Source: Rikenellaceae bacterium (GTDB lineage: Bacteria; Bacteroidota; Bacteroidia; Bacteroidales; Rikenellaceae). From it: 64,000 bases of DNA. How positions within the stretch are numbered: position 1 is the first letter of the stretch; every line of letters begins with the position of its first letter. Positions 40,099 through 49,608 of the stretch are shown here, piece by piece. Location of the stretch: positions 2,300 to 66,299 of the forward strand of contig SUZP01000004.1 of NCBI GenBank assembly GCA_015059865.1. The letters are read 5' to 3'. The notes below the pieces were generated by a model. The model did no database searches and was not told the DNA's origin. It saw only the letters and a program-made list of their open reading frames with translations. Made by a program: the position numbers and the translations under genes.

Positions 40099-42243
40099 AT
40101 GAGGTATCGTATTTTGATTATTGCCATACTATACTCCTTCACAGCGACCATTGTCTTGGCTCAACCCAACCCCAACAACCTCGAATGGATGCAGAGTATT
40201 CGTGCCGACCACCCTCGTCTATTTCTTACCAGCGAGGATATACCAAACATTATAAGTAACGCCCAAAACGAAGAGAGGGGGCTATTTCTCTCCATACAAC
40301 GCAGCATCGACAAGTTGATGAATAGAGAGATTATCTTTAAAAACGAACTGGTAAAGTCGGGTGAGGGGAACAATATCGCACAATATGGCCACCGCACAGC
40401 CGAGTCGGCGCTGTTGTGGCTCATAACCAAGGATAAGAGATACTTCGACTTCACGAAGAAGATGATGTTGAGAATGATAGAGTACTATGAGTTGCGTGTT
40501 GCCAACAACCTCAACATACATTGGTACTCATTTTCTGTAACATCCGTACTGTGCGCCTACGACTGGATATACAACGACCTCTCGAAAGAGGAGCGCGAGG
40601 AGATTGGCAAGCGATTGTATAGCGCGACACACAACATCGCTTGGCACGGCAAGGGTGTCCGCAAATCTCGCCATCGCGAAAACCCAAATCCAAGTCCGAA
40701 TACGGGATTATATGGCAGCTCGGCTCTGCCGTGGTTTATCGGTCTAACCTTCTACGGCGAAGGGATAGATGACGACGAGTGCAAGAGAATGGTGCGCGAC
40801 TGCTACAAGGTCTACTGCAATATGTCGGCATATAGAGCAAACCTGCTCGGCAAGAGTGGTGGAAATAGCTCAGGAACAGTGGGCTATGGACTTGGACACT
40901 ACCCCTACGCCGAGTACAATCTCATCTACACCTTCCGTTCTGCAATGGGCATCGACTTAACGCCGCAGATGGAGTATATGATTGGCTATATGCACTATAT
41001 GGACTGGGCTCGCCTACCAGGCAATAGAGAGTTTGGTATAGGAGATACCAACCACAGCGACAACAAGATGCCAAGCAAAATCCCGACACACATCAAGGAG
41101 ATTGCAAACCTCTTTGGTGCAAGGCATCCCGATATTATTCCGTGGGCATCCAACCTGCTATCTCTCTACAACCACAAAGGCGCACGCGCCTCGATGCCAT
41201 TTATGCCTTTGCTACATCGCCTACACATAGAGAAGTCCGACAGCTACACCCCTACGCCAATCGACCGCAACAATCAGTCGCGCCATTTCGAGACATTAGG
41301 CCAAATCATTATGCGTTCGGGACAGGGCGACTACGACACCTACGCACTATTTACCACCGAACGCAAGGTTGTAAATCACCAGCACTACGACATCAACAAC
41401 TTCATTATATATAAGAATGGATATCGTGCGCTCGACTCGGGCACACGACCACAGCCGGGAATACACCTCTCGCACTACTACGCTCGCACCGTAGCTCACA
41501 ACTGCATAACAATTCGTATGCCCGACGAGAAGATGCCTAAATATTGGAACAGTGGCCCCGCCAAGGGCGAAAATCGCAAAACGCCAGTTCCGAATGATGG
41601 CGGACAGCGCAACTTCAAGGTGGCAAAACTATTATCGCATGAGGAGAGCGAGCACTATGTATATATCGCATCCGACGCCTCCAAGTGCTACCACGAGGAT
41701 AAGGCAGAGTTGGTGGTGCGTGAGTTCGTTTGGATTAAGCCCGATATTTTTATTATCTTCGACCGCGTAGTGTCGGATAATGCCGAATACCCTAAGAGGT
41801 GGCTCTACCACATCGCCTCCAAGCCAAATAAGCGCGGTCGCACCGAGTTTGCAGAGGAGTCGCAGGGCGGCAAATCCATCTGCCGCACCCTACTGCCAAA
41901 GAGAGCCAATATCGACTTTGTAGGTGGCCCCGGCAAACAGTTTTGGTCGGATGGCCGCAACTGGCCTATTCCGGAGAGAAACAAAAAGTGGATACCTAAA
42001 AACGACCACCCTCTCGTAGGGCAGTGGCGCGTGGAGGTATCACCAAAGCTGGCCGCTACACACGACCACTTCCTCCATATTGTACAGGTGGGAGATGAAA
42101 CGCTCAAATCACTACCAAAGACCAAAACCAAGGAGAGCGACAACGAGGTAACGCTATCGTTCGAGTATCAAGAGAGGAGTTACACCCTCACATTCGACAA
42201 GACCAAGGAGTATGGTTGCAAGATTGAAGTGAACAAATTATAG
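40099..42243 (+). CDS. Secreted heparinase II/III-like polysaccharide lyase
   Basis: Signal peptide; HPRLF, HQHYD..NFIIY, YYARTVAHN, NDGGQ, FDRV and WRVEVSP motifs. Confidence 0.85.
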   Translation: MRYRILIIAILYSFTATIVLAQPNPNNLEWMQSIRADHPRLFLTSEDIPNIISNAQNEERGLFLSIQRSIDKLMNREIIFKNELVKSGEGNNIAQYGHRTAESALLWLITKDKRYFDFTKKMMLRMIEYYELRVANNLNIHWYSFSVTSVLCAYDWIYNDLSKEEREEIGKRLYSATHNIAWHGKGVRKSRHRENPNPSPNTGLYGSSALPWFIGLTFYGEGIDDDECKRMVRDCYKVYCNMSAYRANLLGKSGGNSSGTVGYGLGHYPYAEYNLIYTFRSAMGIDLTPQMEYMIGYMHYMDWARLPGNREFGIGDTNHSDNKMPSKIPTHIKEIANLFGARHPDIIPWASNLLSLYNHKGARASMPFMPLLHRLHIEKSDSYTPTPIDRNNQSRHFETLGQIIMRSGQGDYDTYALFTTERKVVNHQHYDINNFIIYKNGYRALDSGTRPQPGIHLSHYYARTVAHNCITIRMPDEKMPKYWNSGPAKGENRKTPVPNDGGQRNFKVAKLLSHEESEHYVYIASDASKCYHEDKAELVVREFVWIKPDIFIIFDRVVSDNAEYPKRWLYHIASKPNKRGRTEFAEESQGGKSICRTLLPKRANIDFVGGPGKQFWSDGRNWPIPERNKKWIPKNDHPLVGQWRVEVSPKLAATHDHFLHIVQVGDETLKSLPKTKTKESDNEVTLSFEYQERSYTLTFDKTKEYGCKIEVNKL

Positions 42244-42252
42244 AATACCAAT

Positions 42253-42297
42253 AACAAGAGAGAGGTTATCCCGAACAGACAACCTCTCTCTTGTTTT
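42253..42297. terminator. Bidirectional terminator
   Basis: AACAAGAGAGAGGTT/AACCTCTCTCTTGTT. Confidence 0.78.
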
Positions 42298-42305
42298 ATA
42301 TATCA

Positions 42306-42677
42306 CTATCGTTGTAGCTCTCCCTGCCAACTGATTATACCGCCATCCAATTCGACAACCTCAAAGCCTAAATTAACAACCTGCTCAGCAGCTCTCTTGC
42401 TGCGACGACCACTGCGGCAATAGAGGGCTACTGTTCGCTTCTTGTCGAGTGCAGAGACCTTCTCAACGAAGTCGGGCGACGACACATCTATATTCACTGC
42501 ATTTGGGATATGCCCCTCGGCATACTCCTCTGCCGTTCTAACATCCACCAGCTGTACCCCCGACTCTGCTATCCTGCGCGCAAACTTCTCGGCATCGACC
42601 GAAACAAAGCCCTTTGCATTGCAGCCAAATATGGTGCACAACCCTGCAAAAAGTGCCATAAGAGCTAACCTTTTCAT
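42306..42677 (-). CDS. Rhodanese-like domain protein (probable lipoprotein)
   Basis: LVDVRT..EY..GHIP and YCRSGRRS motifs; N-terminal lipobox-like IFGC. Confidence 0.9.
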   Translation of the reverse strand: MKRLALMALFAGLCTIFGCNAKGFVSVDAEKFARRIAESGVQLVDVRTAEEYAEGHIPNAVNIDVSSPDFVEKVSALDKKRTVALYCRSGRRSKRAAEQVVNLGFEVVELDGGIISWQGELQR

Positions 42678-42782
42678 AAGTTCAATTAATTACAAAACCC
42701 AAGTCTACCGCTAATCGCCAAGCTCAGCCACTTCGTTAATGCCCACCTCGGTCCTCCGCCAATCACCAAGCTCAGCCCACTG

Positions 42783-44981
42783 CTAATTGCCCACTTCGCA
42801 GAGGAACTTGATACGCACAAGTCTAATCTCCTCCTCGGTATACTCATCGCCCAGCTCCTCAATGGCGGCATCCAAGGAGTCGCTGTCGGCATCCTCCTTG
42901 AAGTAGAGGTATATATCCTCAACCTTATCCTCGTCCATATAGCCGGAGAGATAGTATTGGATATTCAACTTCGTACCCGAATTTACGATTGCCTCTATTT
43001 CGGTAAGCAACTCGTCAAAAGTCAAATCTTTGGCACGAGCTATATCCTCAAAGTCCATCTGGCGGTCGATTGACTGAATGATAAATATCTTGTTGCCAGC
43101 CTTGTTTGCCACCGACTTAACCACCATATCCTGTGGGCGGATGATGTCGTTCTCCTCGACATACGCCTTGATAAGCTCCACAAACTCCTTACCGAACTTG
43201 TTGGCCTTACCGACACCTACACCAGAGATGTTCTGCATCTCCTCGATAGTTATAGGATACTGAATAGCCATATCCTGCAAAGATGGGTCTTGGAAGATTA
43301 CAAACGGAGGAAGGTCGTTCTTCTGCGCCACCTTACGACGCAAATCTTTCAACATCGCAAAGAGCTGCTCGTCGGCGACACCTCCACCCTTTGGTATCGA
43401 TGACACAGCTTCGCGCTCCTCCTCGTCGTAGTCGCGGTCTTGCGCCACCATAACCTTCGTAGGCTTCGCAATATACTCTTCGCCCTTTGCGTTTATCGAT
43501 ATAAGACCATAGTTCTCTATATTCTTATCTATCAAGCCCATAATAAGCCCTTGGCGCACCACTGCCGACCAATAGCGGTCGCCCTTGCTCTTGCCAATGC
43601 CAAACCACTCCAACTTGGCGTGTCCATAGCTCTTGATTGCTGCGGTAACCTTACCCACAAGCAGCGATACGAGGTGCTCCATCTTGAACTTATCACCAAT
43701 AGCGCGCAGAGCTTGCAACGCCTTAACCAAATCCTGCGTAGCATCGAGCAGTGGTCGCGGATTGCAACAGTTGTCGCACGCACCACAATTATCCTCGCCA
43801 TACTCCTCGCCAAAGTAGTGCAACAGCGTCTTGCGGCGGCACATAGCACTCTCGGCATACGACTCTGTTTCGAGAAGGAGCAACTTTCCAATCTCCTGCT
43901 CGGCAACAGGCTTGCCCTGCATAAACTTTTCGAGTTTCTGTATATCCTTATAATTATAGAAGGTAAGGCAGTGTCCCTCGCCACCATCACGACCAGCACG
44001 GCCAGTCTCCTGATAGTAGCCTTCGAGCGACTTCGGAATATCGTAGTGAATTACAAATCGCACATCAGGCTTGTCGATACCCATACCGAAGGCTATGGTT
44101 GCCACAATAACATCCACACCCTCCATCAAGAAGGCATCTTGGTTGTCGGCACGAGTCTGCGCATCCATACCTGCGTGGTAGGCACGCGCCTTGATATTAT
44201 TCGCCACGAGCAACTCCGCCAGCTCCTCCACCTTCTTACGGCTAAGACAGTAGATAATACCACTCTTACCCTCGTTTTGCTTGATGTAGCGGATAATATC
44301 GCGGTCGGTATCGTTGCTTTTTGGTCGCAACTCGTAGAATAGATTTGGGCGATTGAACGACGACTTAAAGACCACCGCATCGGTCATACCCAAGTTCTTC
44401 TGAATATCCATCTGTACCTTTGGCGTAGCCGTAGCAGTCAGCGTAATCAACGGTGCTTGACCTATATCGTTGATAATAGGGCGAATACGACGATACTCAG
44501 GGCGGAAATCGTGTCCCCACTCCGAGATACAGTGAGCCTCGTCAATGGCATAGAAAGATATCTTTATCTTTCGCAAGAAGGCTATATTATCCTCTTTGGT
44601 CAATGATTCAGGAGCGAAATAGAGCAATTTTGTCTTACCCGCCAACACCTCATCACGCACCTGCTGCACAGCCGCACGACTCAACGACGAGTTGAGGAAG
44701 TGGGCGATACCAGAGTTGTCGGAGAAGGTACGCATAGCATCGACCTGATTCTTCATCAACGCTATGAGAGGCGAAATAACAATTGCCACACCATCCATCA
44801 TCAATGCAGGCAATTGATAGCAAAGCGACTTACCTCCACCCGTAGGCATAAGCACAAAGGTATCACGACCAGAGAGCAGGTTTAGTATCACCTCCTCCTG
44901 ATTACCCTTAAACGAGGTGAAACCGAAGTACTCTTTAAGCTTTTCGCGAAGTAAATTTCTGTCTATCAACGATTGCGGCAT
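42783..44981 (-). CDS. recQ: ATP-dependent DNA helicase RecQ
   Basis: [33 protein letters not shown], Cys zinc-binding RQC and HRDC domains. Confidence 0.97.
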   Translation of the reverse strand: MPQSLIDRNLLREKLKEYFGFTSFKGNQEEVILNLLSGRDTFVLMPTGGGKSLCYQLPALMMDGVAIVISPLIALMKNQVDAMRTFSDNSGIAHFLNSSLSRAAVQQVRDEVLAGKTKLLYFAPESLTKEDNIAFLRKIKISFYAIDEAHCISEWGHDFRPEYRRIRPIINDIGQAPLITLTATATPKVQMDIQKNLGMTDAVVFKSSFNRPNLFYELRPKSNDTDRDIIRYIKQNEGKSGIIYCLSRKKVEELAELLVANNIKARAYHAGMDAQTRADNQDAFLMEGVDVIVATIAFGMGIDKPDVRFVIHYDIPKSLEGYYQETGRAGRDGGEGHCLTFYNYKDIQKLEKFMQGKPVAEQEIGKLLLLETESYAESAMCRRKTLLHYFGEEYGEDNCGACDNCCNPRPLLDATQDLVKALQALRAIGDKFKMEHLVSLLVGKVTAAIKSYGHAKLEWFGIGKSKGDRYWSAVVRQGLIMGLIDKNIENYGLISINAKGEEYIAKPTKVMVAQDRDYDEEEREAVSSIPKGGGVADEQLFAMLKDLRRKVAQKNDLPPFVIFQDPSLQDMAIQYPITIEEMQNISGVGVGKANKFGKEFVELIKAYVEENDIIRPQDMVVKSVANKAGNKIFIIQSIDRQMDFEDIARAKDLTFDELLTEIEAIVNSGTKLNIQYYLSGYMDEDKVEDIYLYFKEDADSDSLDAAIEELGDEYTEEEIRLVRIKFLCEVGN

Positions 44982-45090
44982 AGTAGTTTATGGTATAAAT
45001 ATCTTTTTTTCTCTAAATTTCCAATCAAAGATAAAAAATATTTCGGAAAAAATCATAACTTTGAGCAAAATTTATGGAAAAATTTGTCGT

Positions 45091-45858
45091 ATGAGACTTT
45101 ATACAACCGATTTGGTCAAGAAATACAAGGCACGCACGGTAGTAAATCATGTGTCGATAGATGTAAAACAGGGTGAGATTGTAGGTCTGCTCGGCCCTAA
45201 TGGAGCTGGCAAGACTACATCGTTCTATATGATTGTAGGACTTATCAAACCCAACGAAGGTCGCATCTTCCTCGAACACGATAACGGTCAGGTCGATGAA
45301 CTTACAAAGTTGCCCGTATACAAGCGTGCGCAGTTGGGTGTGAGCTACCTTGCACAGGAGGCTTCGGTATTTCGCCACCTGAGCGTCGAGGACAACATCC
45401 GTTCGGTGCTCGAAATGACCAACTACACGAAGGAGTATCAACGCGAACGCACCGAGGCTCTTATCGAGGAGTTCCGCTTGCAGAAGGTGCGCAAGAGCTA
45501 TGGTAACCAATTGTCGGGAGGAGAGCGTCGTCGTACCGAGATTGCACGAGCCATCGCCATCAACCCTTCGTTTGTCTTACTCGACGAGCCTTTTGCCGGC
45601 GTAGACCCTATCGCAGTGGAGGATATTCAGAGTATTGTGGCGACCTTGAAGAATAAGAATATCGGCGTTATTATCACCGACCACAATGTCGATGAGACCT
45701 TAGCTATTACCGACCGCACCTACTTGTTGTATGAGGGTAAAATCCTCAAAACGGGTACTGCCGAGGAGTTGGCCGCAGACGAGATGGTACGCCGCGTATA
45801 TCTCGGCAAAAACTTCGAGTTGAAGAAGAACCATAAATTTGAACTTACCGAAGAGTAA
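45091..45858 (+). CDS. lptB: LPS export ABC transporter ATPase
   Basis: [26 protein letters not shown] and ITDHNV motifs; start at ATG 45091. Confidence 0.95.
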   Translation: MRLYTTDLVKKYKARTVVNHVSIDVKQGEIVGLLGPNGAGKTTSFYMIVGLIKPNEGRIFLEHDNGQVDELTKLPVYKRAQLGVSYLAQEASVFRHLSVEDNIRSVLEMTNYTKEYQRERTEALIEEFRLQKVRKSYGNQLSGGERRRTEIARAIAINPSFVLLDEPFAGVDPIAVEDIQSIVATLKNKNIGVIITDHNVDETLAITDRTYLLYEGKILKTGTAEELAADEMVRRVYLGKNFELKKNHKFELTEE

Positions 45859-45868
45859 GTTCAAATTT

Positions 45869-45900
45869 ATTGATAATTGACAATTGATAATTGATAATTA
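45869..45900 (+). repeat. AATTGAC/T heptamer element
   Basis: ATTGAT AATTGAC AATTGAT AATTGAT AATTA. Confidence 0.8.
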
Positions 45901-45959
45901 GTGGTAAAAACGACAGGTCGTTTTTGTGTTTATTAAATTAACTTTTAATTCTAAATTTA

Positions 45960-47207
45960 ATGGATAAGTCCATTTCACGGGGGCAACTTTCGGGCGTAGT
46001 GACGCCACCATGTTCAAAGAGTTACGCACAGCGCGCCTTGGCAGCAGCACTGCTTGCCGAGGGGGAGAGCATTTTGCGTAATCTCGATTTTTGCGACGAT
46101 ACACTCTCGGCTCTTCGAGTTATCGAGACTCTCGGTGCCGCAACAGAGCGTATCGACGAGCGCACGGTGAAGGTGCGTGGTGGTCTTGCGCCAAAGAGCA
46201 ACATATTGAATATCGGCGAGTCGGGCTTGGCAACGCGAATGTTCACACCGATAGCTTCGCTCTGCAACAAGCCGATTACCGTAGAGGGCCGAGGCACTAT
46301 ACTCTATCGCCCTATGCAGATGATGATTGAGCCACTGCGCAAGCTCGGTGTTGCGGTGCGTGATGGCGGAGGGCTCCTCCCTATCGAGGTGTGTGGCCCT
46401 ATCCGCGGTGGCGAGATTGAGGTCGATGGCTCGGTGTCGTCGCAGTTCCTGACCGGATTGTTGATGGCATTGCCTTTGGCCGAGGAGGATACCACCATAT
46501 TGGTCGAAAATGCCGTATCAAAGCCATATCTCGATATGACGATAGATATGGCCTCGAAGTTTGGAGTTAATATCCAACACAACGACTACAAGGAGTTCTA
46601 TGTCGAGGGCAACCAGAAGTACGAGGCCACCGACATAACAATAGAGGGCGATTGGAGTGCAGCGGCAACGCTACTCGTAGCAGGAGCTGTGGCAGGCAAG
46701 ATAACCCTAACGAATGTATCGATGCTCTCGAAGCAGGCCGATGTTGCAATTTGCGATGCGTTGGTGCGTGCAGGTGCATTGCTCACAAGCGAGCCAAATT
46801 CTATTACCGTAGAGCACCGCGACTTGGTAGCTTTCGAGTTCGATGCTACGCAGTGTCCCGACCTCTTCCCCGTTTTGGCAGCCTTGGCTGCGGCGGCAGA
46901 GGGCGAGAGTGTAATCTATGGCACACATCGCTTGGAGCACAAAGAGTCCAATCGTGCCGAGGCAATTAAACACGAGTACGAGAAGCTCGGTATCGAGGTG
47001 CGTTTGGAGGGGGATGCAATGTATATCCGCGGAGGAGAGATTCACTCGGCCGAGACCGACAGCCACCACGACCATCGTATTGCGATGTCATTGGCAGTAT
47101 CGGCGCTCCGTTCCGATGGTGAAATTATGATACGCGACGCCGAGTGCGTAGCAAAGAGCTATCCCGACTTCTTCGAGGTGTTGGAGTCGTTAAGAGTTAA
47201 GGAGTAA
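45960..47207 (+). CDS. aroA: EPSP synthase
   Basis: SKS..QR, GESG...R, SSQF, PD, KESNR and DHRIAM motifs. Confidence 0.95.
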   Translation: MDKSISRGQLSGVVTPPCSKSYAQRALAAALLAEGESILRNLDFCDDTLSALRVIETLGAATERIDERTVKVRGGLAPKSNILNIGESGLATRMFTPIASLCNKPITVEGRGTILYRPMQMMIEPLRKLGVAVRDGGGLLPIEVCGPIRGGEIEVDGSVSSQFLTGLLMALPLAEEDTTILVENAVSKPYLDMTIDMASKFGVNIQHNDYKEFYVEGNQKYEATDITIEGDWSAAATLLVAGAVAGKITLTNVSMLSKQADVAICDALVRAGALLTSEPNSITVEHRDLVAFEFDATQCPDLFPVLAALAAAAEGESVIYGTHRLEHKESNRAEAIKHEYEKLGIEVRLEGDAMYIRGGEIHSAETDSHHDHRIAMSLAVSALRSDGEIMIRDAECVAKSYPDFFEVLESLRVKE

Positions 47208-47212
47208 CAAGT

Positions 47213-48202
47213 ATGTGGCACAATTCGTTTGGCTCGAAGTTTAGGATTGAGATTTGGGGTGCATCGCACACGCCTGAGATTGGTGTGCGCATCGCTGGTG
47301 TTCCGCAGGGCATAGCCCTGACGGAGGCGGACTTCGAAGCAGACCTCTCGCGCCGTAGAGCCTCGGCAAAGGGGACAACGGCTCGCCACGAAAAGGATAT
47401 TCCGACCATCATATCGGGTGTAGCAAACGGTGTAACTACGGGCGAGACCATCGAGATTGTATTCCAAAATGGAGATACGCACTCTGCGGACTATTCGCAG
47501 TTCGAGAGCCACAATCGCCCTTCGCATATAGACTTTGTGGCTCGCGCAAAGTATGGCTCGGAGGTCGATTTGCGCGGTAGCGGGCAGTTCTCAGGGCGAA
47601 TGACAGTGTTGTTAGTTGCAGCGGGTGTGGTAGCAAAGAGGGTTGTCGAGGGCGTAGAGTACAACACCTCAATAGTGGAGATTGGTGGCTCACGCAACAC
47701 AGCCGAGTTTCCTGCAATTATCGAGGCTGCAATGCACGACTGCGACTCGGTAGGAGGTGTTGTCGAGTGTTGCGCCAAAGGTGTAAAGGTTGGCTTGGGA
47801 GAGCCATTCTTCGACTCGGCAGAGAGTATTATTGCCCATCTGCTATTCTCTGTGCCTGCGGTTAAGGGTGTGGAGTTCGGCAGTGGCTTTGAGGGCGTTC
47901 GCCTTCGTGGCTCGGAGCGCAACGACCGCTTCGTAGATGGCGAAGGGCACACCGCATCGAACAACGAAGGTGGCATAAATGGCGGCATCACTAATGGTAA
48001 CGATATAGTGGTGCGCGTGGCGATAAAGCCTACGCCAAGTATTGCACGCGAGCAGATGACCTACAACCGAGAGTTGGGCGAGGTCGCTCCACTCTGCATC
48101 AAAGGTCGTCACGATGCCTGCATTGTTTTGCGAGCAGCCGTTGTCGTAGAGTCGGTGGTTGCTATTGCTCTTGCAGAGTTAAAATTGACAATGGATAATT
48201 GA
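47213..48202 (+). CDS. aroC: Chorismate synthase
   Basis: GASH, RPSH.D, DSVGG, GLGEPFFD, KPTPSI and GRHDAC motifs. Confidence 0.93.
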   Translation: MWHNSFGSKFRIEIWGASHTPEIGVRIAGVPQGIALTEADFEADLSRRRASAKGTTARHEKDIPTIISGVANGVTTGETIEIVFQNGDTHSADYSQFESHNRPSHIDFVARAKYGSEVDLRGSGQFSGRMTVLLVAAGVVAKRVVEGVEYNTSIVEIGGSRNTAEFPAIIEAAMHDCDSVGGVVECCAKGVKVGLGEPFFDSAESIIAHLLFSVPAVKGVEFGSGFEGVRLRGSERNDRFVDGEGHTASNNEGGINGGITNGNDIVVRVAIKPTPSIAREQMTYNRELGEVAPLCIKGRHDACIVLRAAVVVESVVAIALAELKLTMDN

Positions 48203-48218
48203 CAATTAAAGGTATTTT
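48183..48218 (+). repeat. AATTGAC element overlapping the aroC 3' end
   Basis: AATTGAC AATGGAT AATTGAC AATTAAA GGTATTTT; supplies the aroC TGA. Confidence 0.8.
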
Positions 48219-48259
48219 GTTTTAATTAAAATTAGTTTTTTAGTTGTCTGTTTAATAGT

Positions 48260-49090
48260 ATGACCATCCGCCAAACGATACACCTCATTCGCAGCGCCGT
48301 AGAGCCATTATATGGTCCACACGAGGCAGAGGCAATAGCGCGTATGGTTGTATGCGACAGATTGAAATATACGCTTTCGCAACTTGTTATCAACTATGAC
48401 AACGAGTGCAAAATAGACGATATAGAGGTTCTTATCAACGAGTTATGCAGTGGTCGCCCCGTGCAGTATGTATTGGGCAGGGCTGAGTTCTGTGAGATGA
48501 TTTTTGAGGTGGCAGAGGGGGTATTGATACCACGCCCCGAGACCGAGGAGTTGGTATATCGCATTGCTGAAACTGCACCACAAGGAGCCCGCATACTCGA
48601 TGTAGGAACGGGTAGTGGAGCGATAGCCGTAGCCCTTGCCAAGTTGGTCAAGGGGGCGAAAGTCGTCGCTATTGACATCTCGCGCCAAGCTTTGGAGGTG
48701 GCGAAACGCAATGCCGAGCAGTTGGGTGCTGAGGTGGAGTTTGTCGAGGCTGATGCCTTGGGCGATTTGAGCCACTTGGGCGAGTTTGATGTAATAGTAT
48801 CAAATCCGCCATACATTCCGCAACGCGATATTGTGGATATACGGAGAAATGTGGTAGATTTCGAGCCTCACACGGCGTTATTTGTGCCAGATGATGACAT
48901 CTTGTGCTTCTATCGCGCTACGGCAGATAATGCGCAGCGAATGTTATGCGAGGGTGGCTCGCTGTGGTTCGAGATTTACGAGAGAGCTGGCGAAGATATT
49001 TGCGAGATGTTGAGTAAAAAGGGTTTTATCAATACTCAACTCTTCGAGGATGCAAACGCAAAACCGCGAATGGTATGGAGCAAAAGGTAG
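48260..49090 (+). CDS. prmC: Release factor glutamine methyltransferase
   Basis: PVQY, VLIPRPETEELV, DVGTGSG and SNPPY motifs. Confidence 0.95.
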   Translation: MTIRQTIHLIRSAVEPLYGPHEAEAIARMVVCDRLKYTLSQLVINYDNECKIDDIEVLINELCSGRPVQYVLGRAEFCEMIFEVAEGVLIPRPETEELVYRIAETAPQGARILDVGTGSGAIAVALAKLVKGAKVVAIDISRQALEVAKRNAEQLGAEVEFVEADALGDLSHLGEFDVIVSNPPYIPQRDIVDIRRNVVDFEPHTALFVPDDDILCFYRATADNAQRMLCEGGSLWFEIYERAGEDICEMLSKKGFINTQLFEDANAKPRMVWSKR

Positions 49091-49608
49091 TGCGCACAAA
49101 GAGGACAAAGACGGCTGAGCAGGCGTTGCAGTCGCTGATGCGCGAGTGCGCACGCTCGGAACGCTCTTCGGGCGATGCTCTGCGACTAATGAAGCGATGG
49201 GGCGTAGTGGATGAGGATGCAGCGAAGGTGTTGGCACGACTGCAAGCCGAGCGATTTATTGACGACAGTAGATACGCTGAGGCTTTCGTGCGCGACAAGC
49301 TCAATCTCAGCGGTTGGGGCGCCTACAAGATTAAAACGGCTCTACGCGCCAAGGGGGTGTCGAGCGAGATTATAGACGAGGTGGTTGCTCCGATGCTCGC
49401 CGAGACCGATATGGAGAAGCGATTAGAGGAGATGATGATGCGCCGCGTGCGCACCTTAAAGTACAGCTCAGTTTATGATGCCAAGACAAAACTAATCCGT
49501 TTTGCGGCATCACGAGGTTTCGATATGGAACAAGCGATAGCGTGTGCTGCAAAGATTTGTAACAACTTAAAAATAACTAATATTATAGAGTATGAAGATT
49601 TTTCGTAA
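49075..49608 (+). CDS. recX: Regulatory protein RecX
   Basis: C...ER, FIDDSRYA, WG..KI...L..KG and RGF motifs; follows prmC. Confidence 0.88.
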   Translation: MEQKVVRTKRTKTAEQALQSLMRECARSERSSGDALRLMKRWGVVDEDAAKVLARLQAERFIDDSRYAEAFVRDKLNLSGWGAYKIKTALRAKGVSSEIIDEVVAPMLAETDMEKRLEEMMMRRVRTLKYSSVYDAKTKLIRFAASRGFDMEQAIACAAKICNNLKITNIIEYEDFS

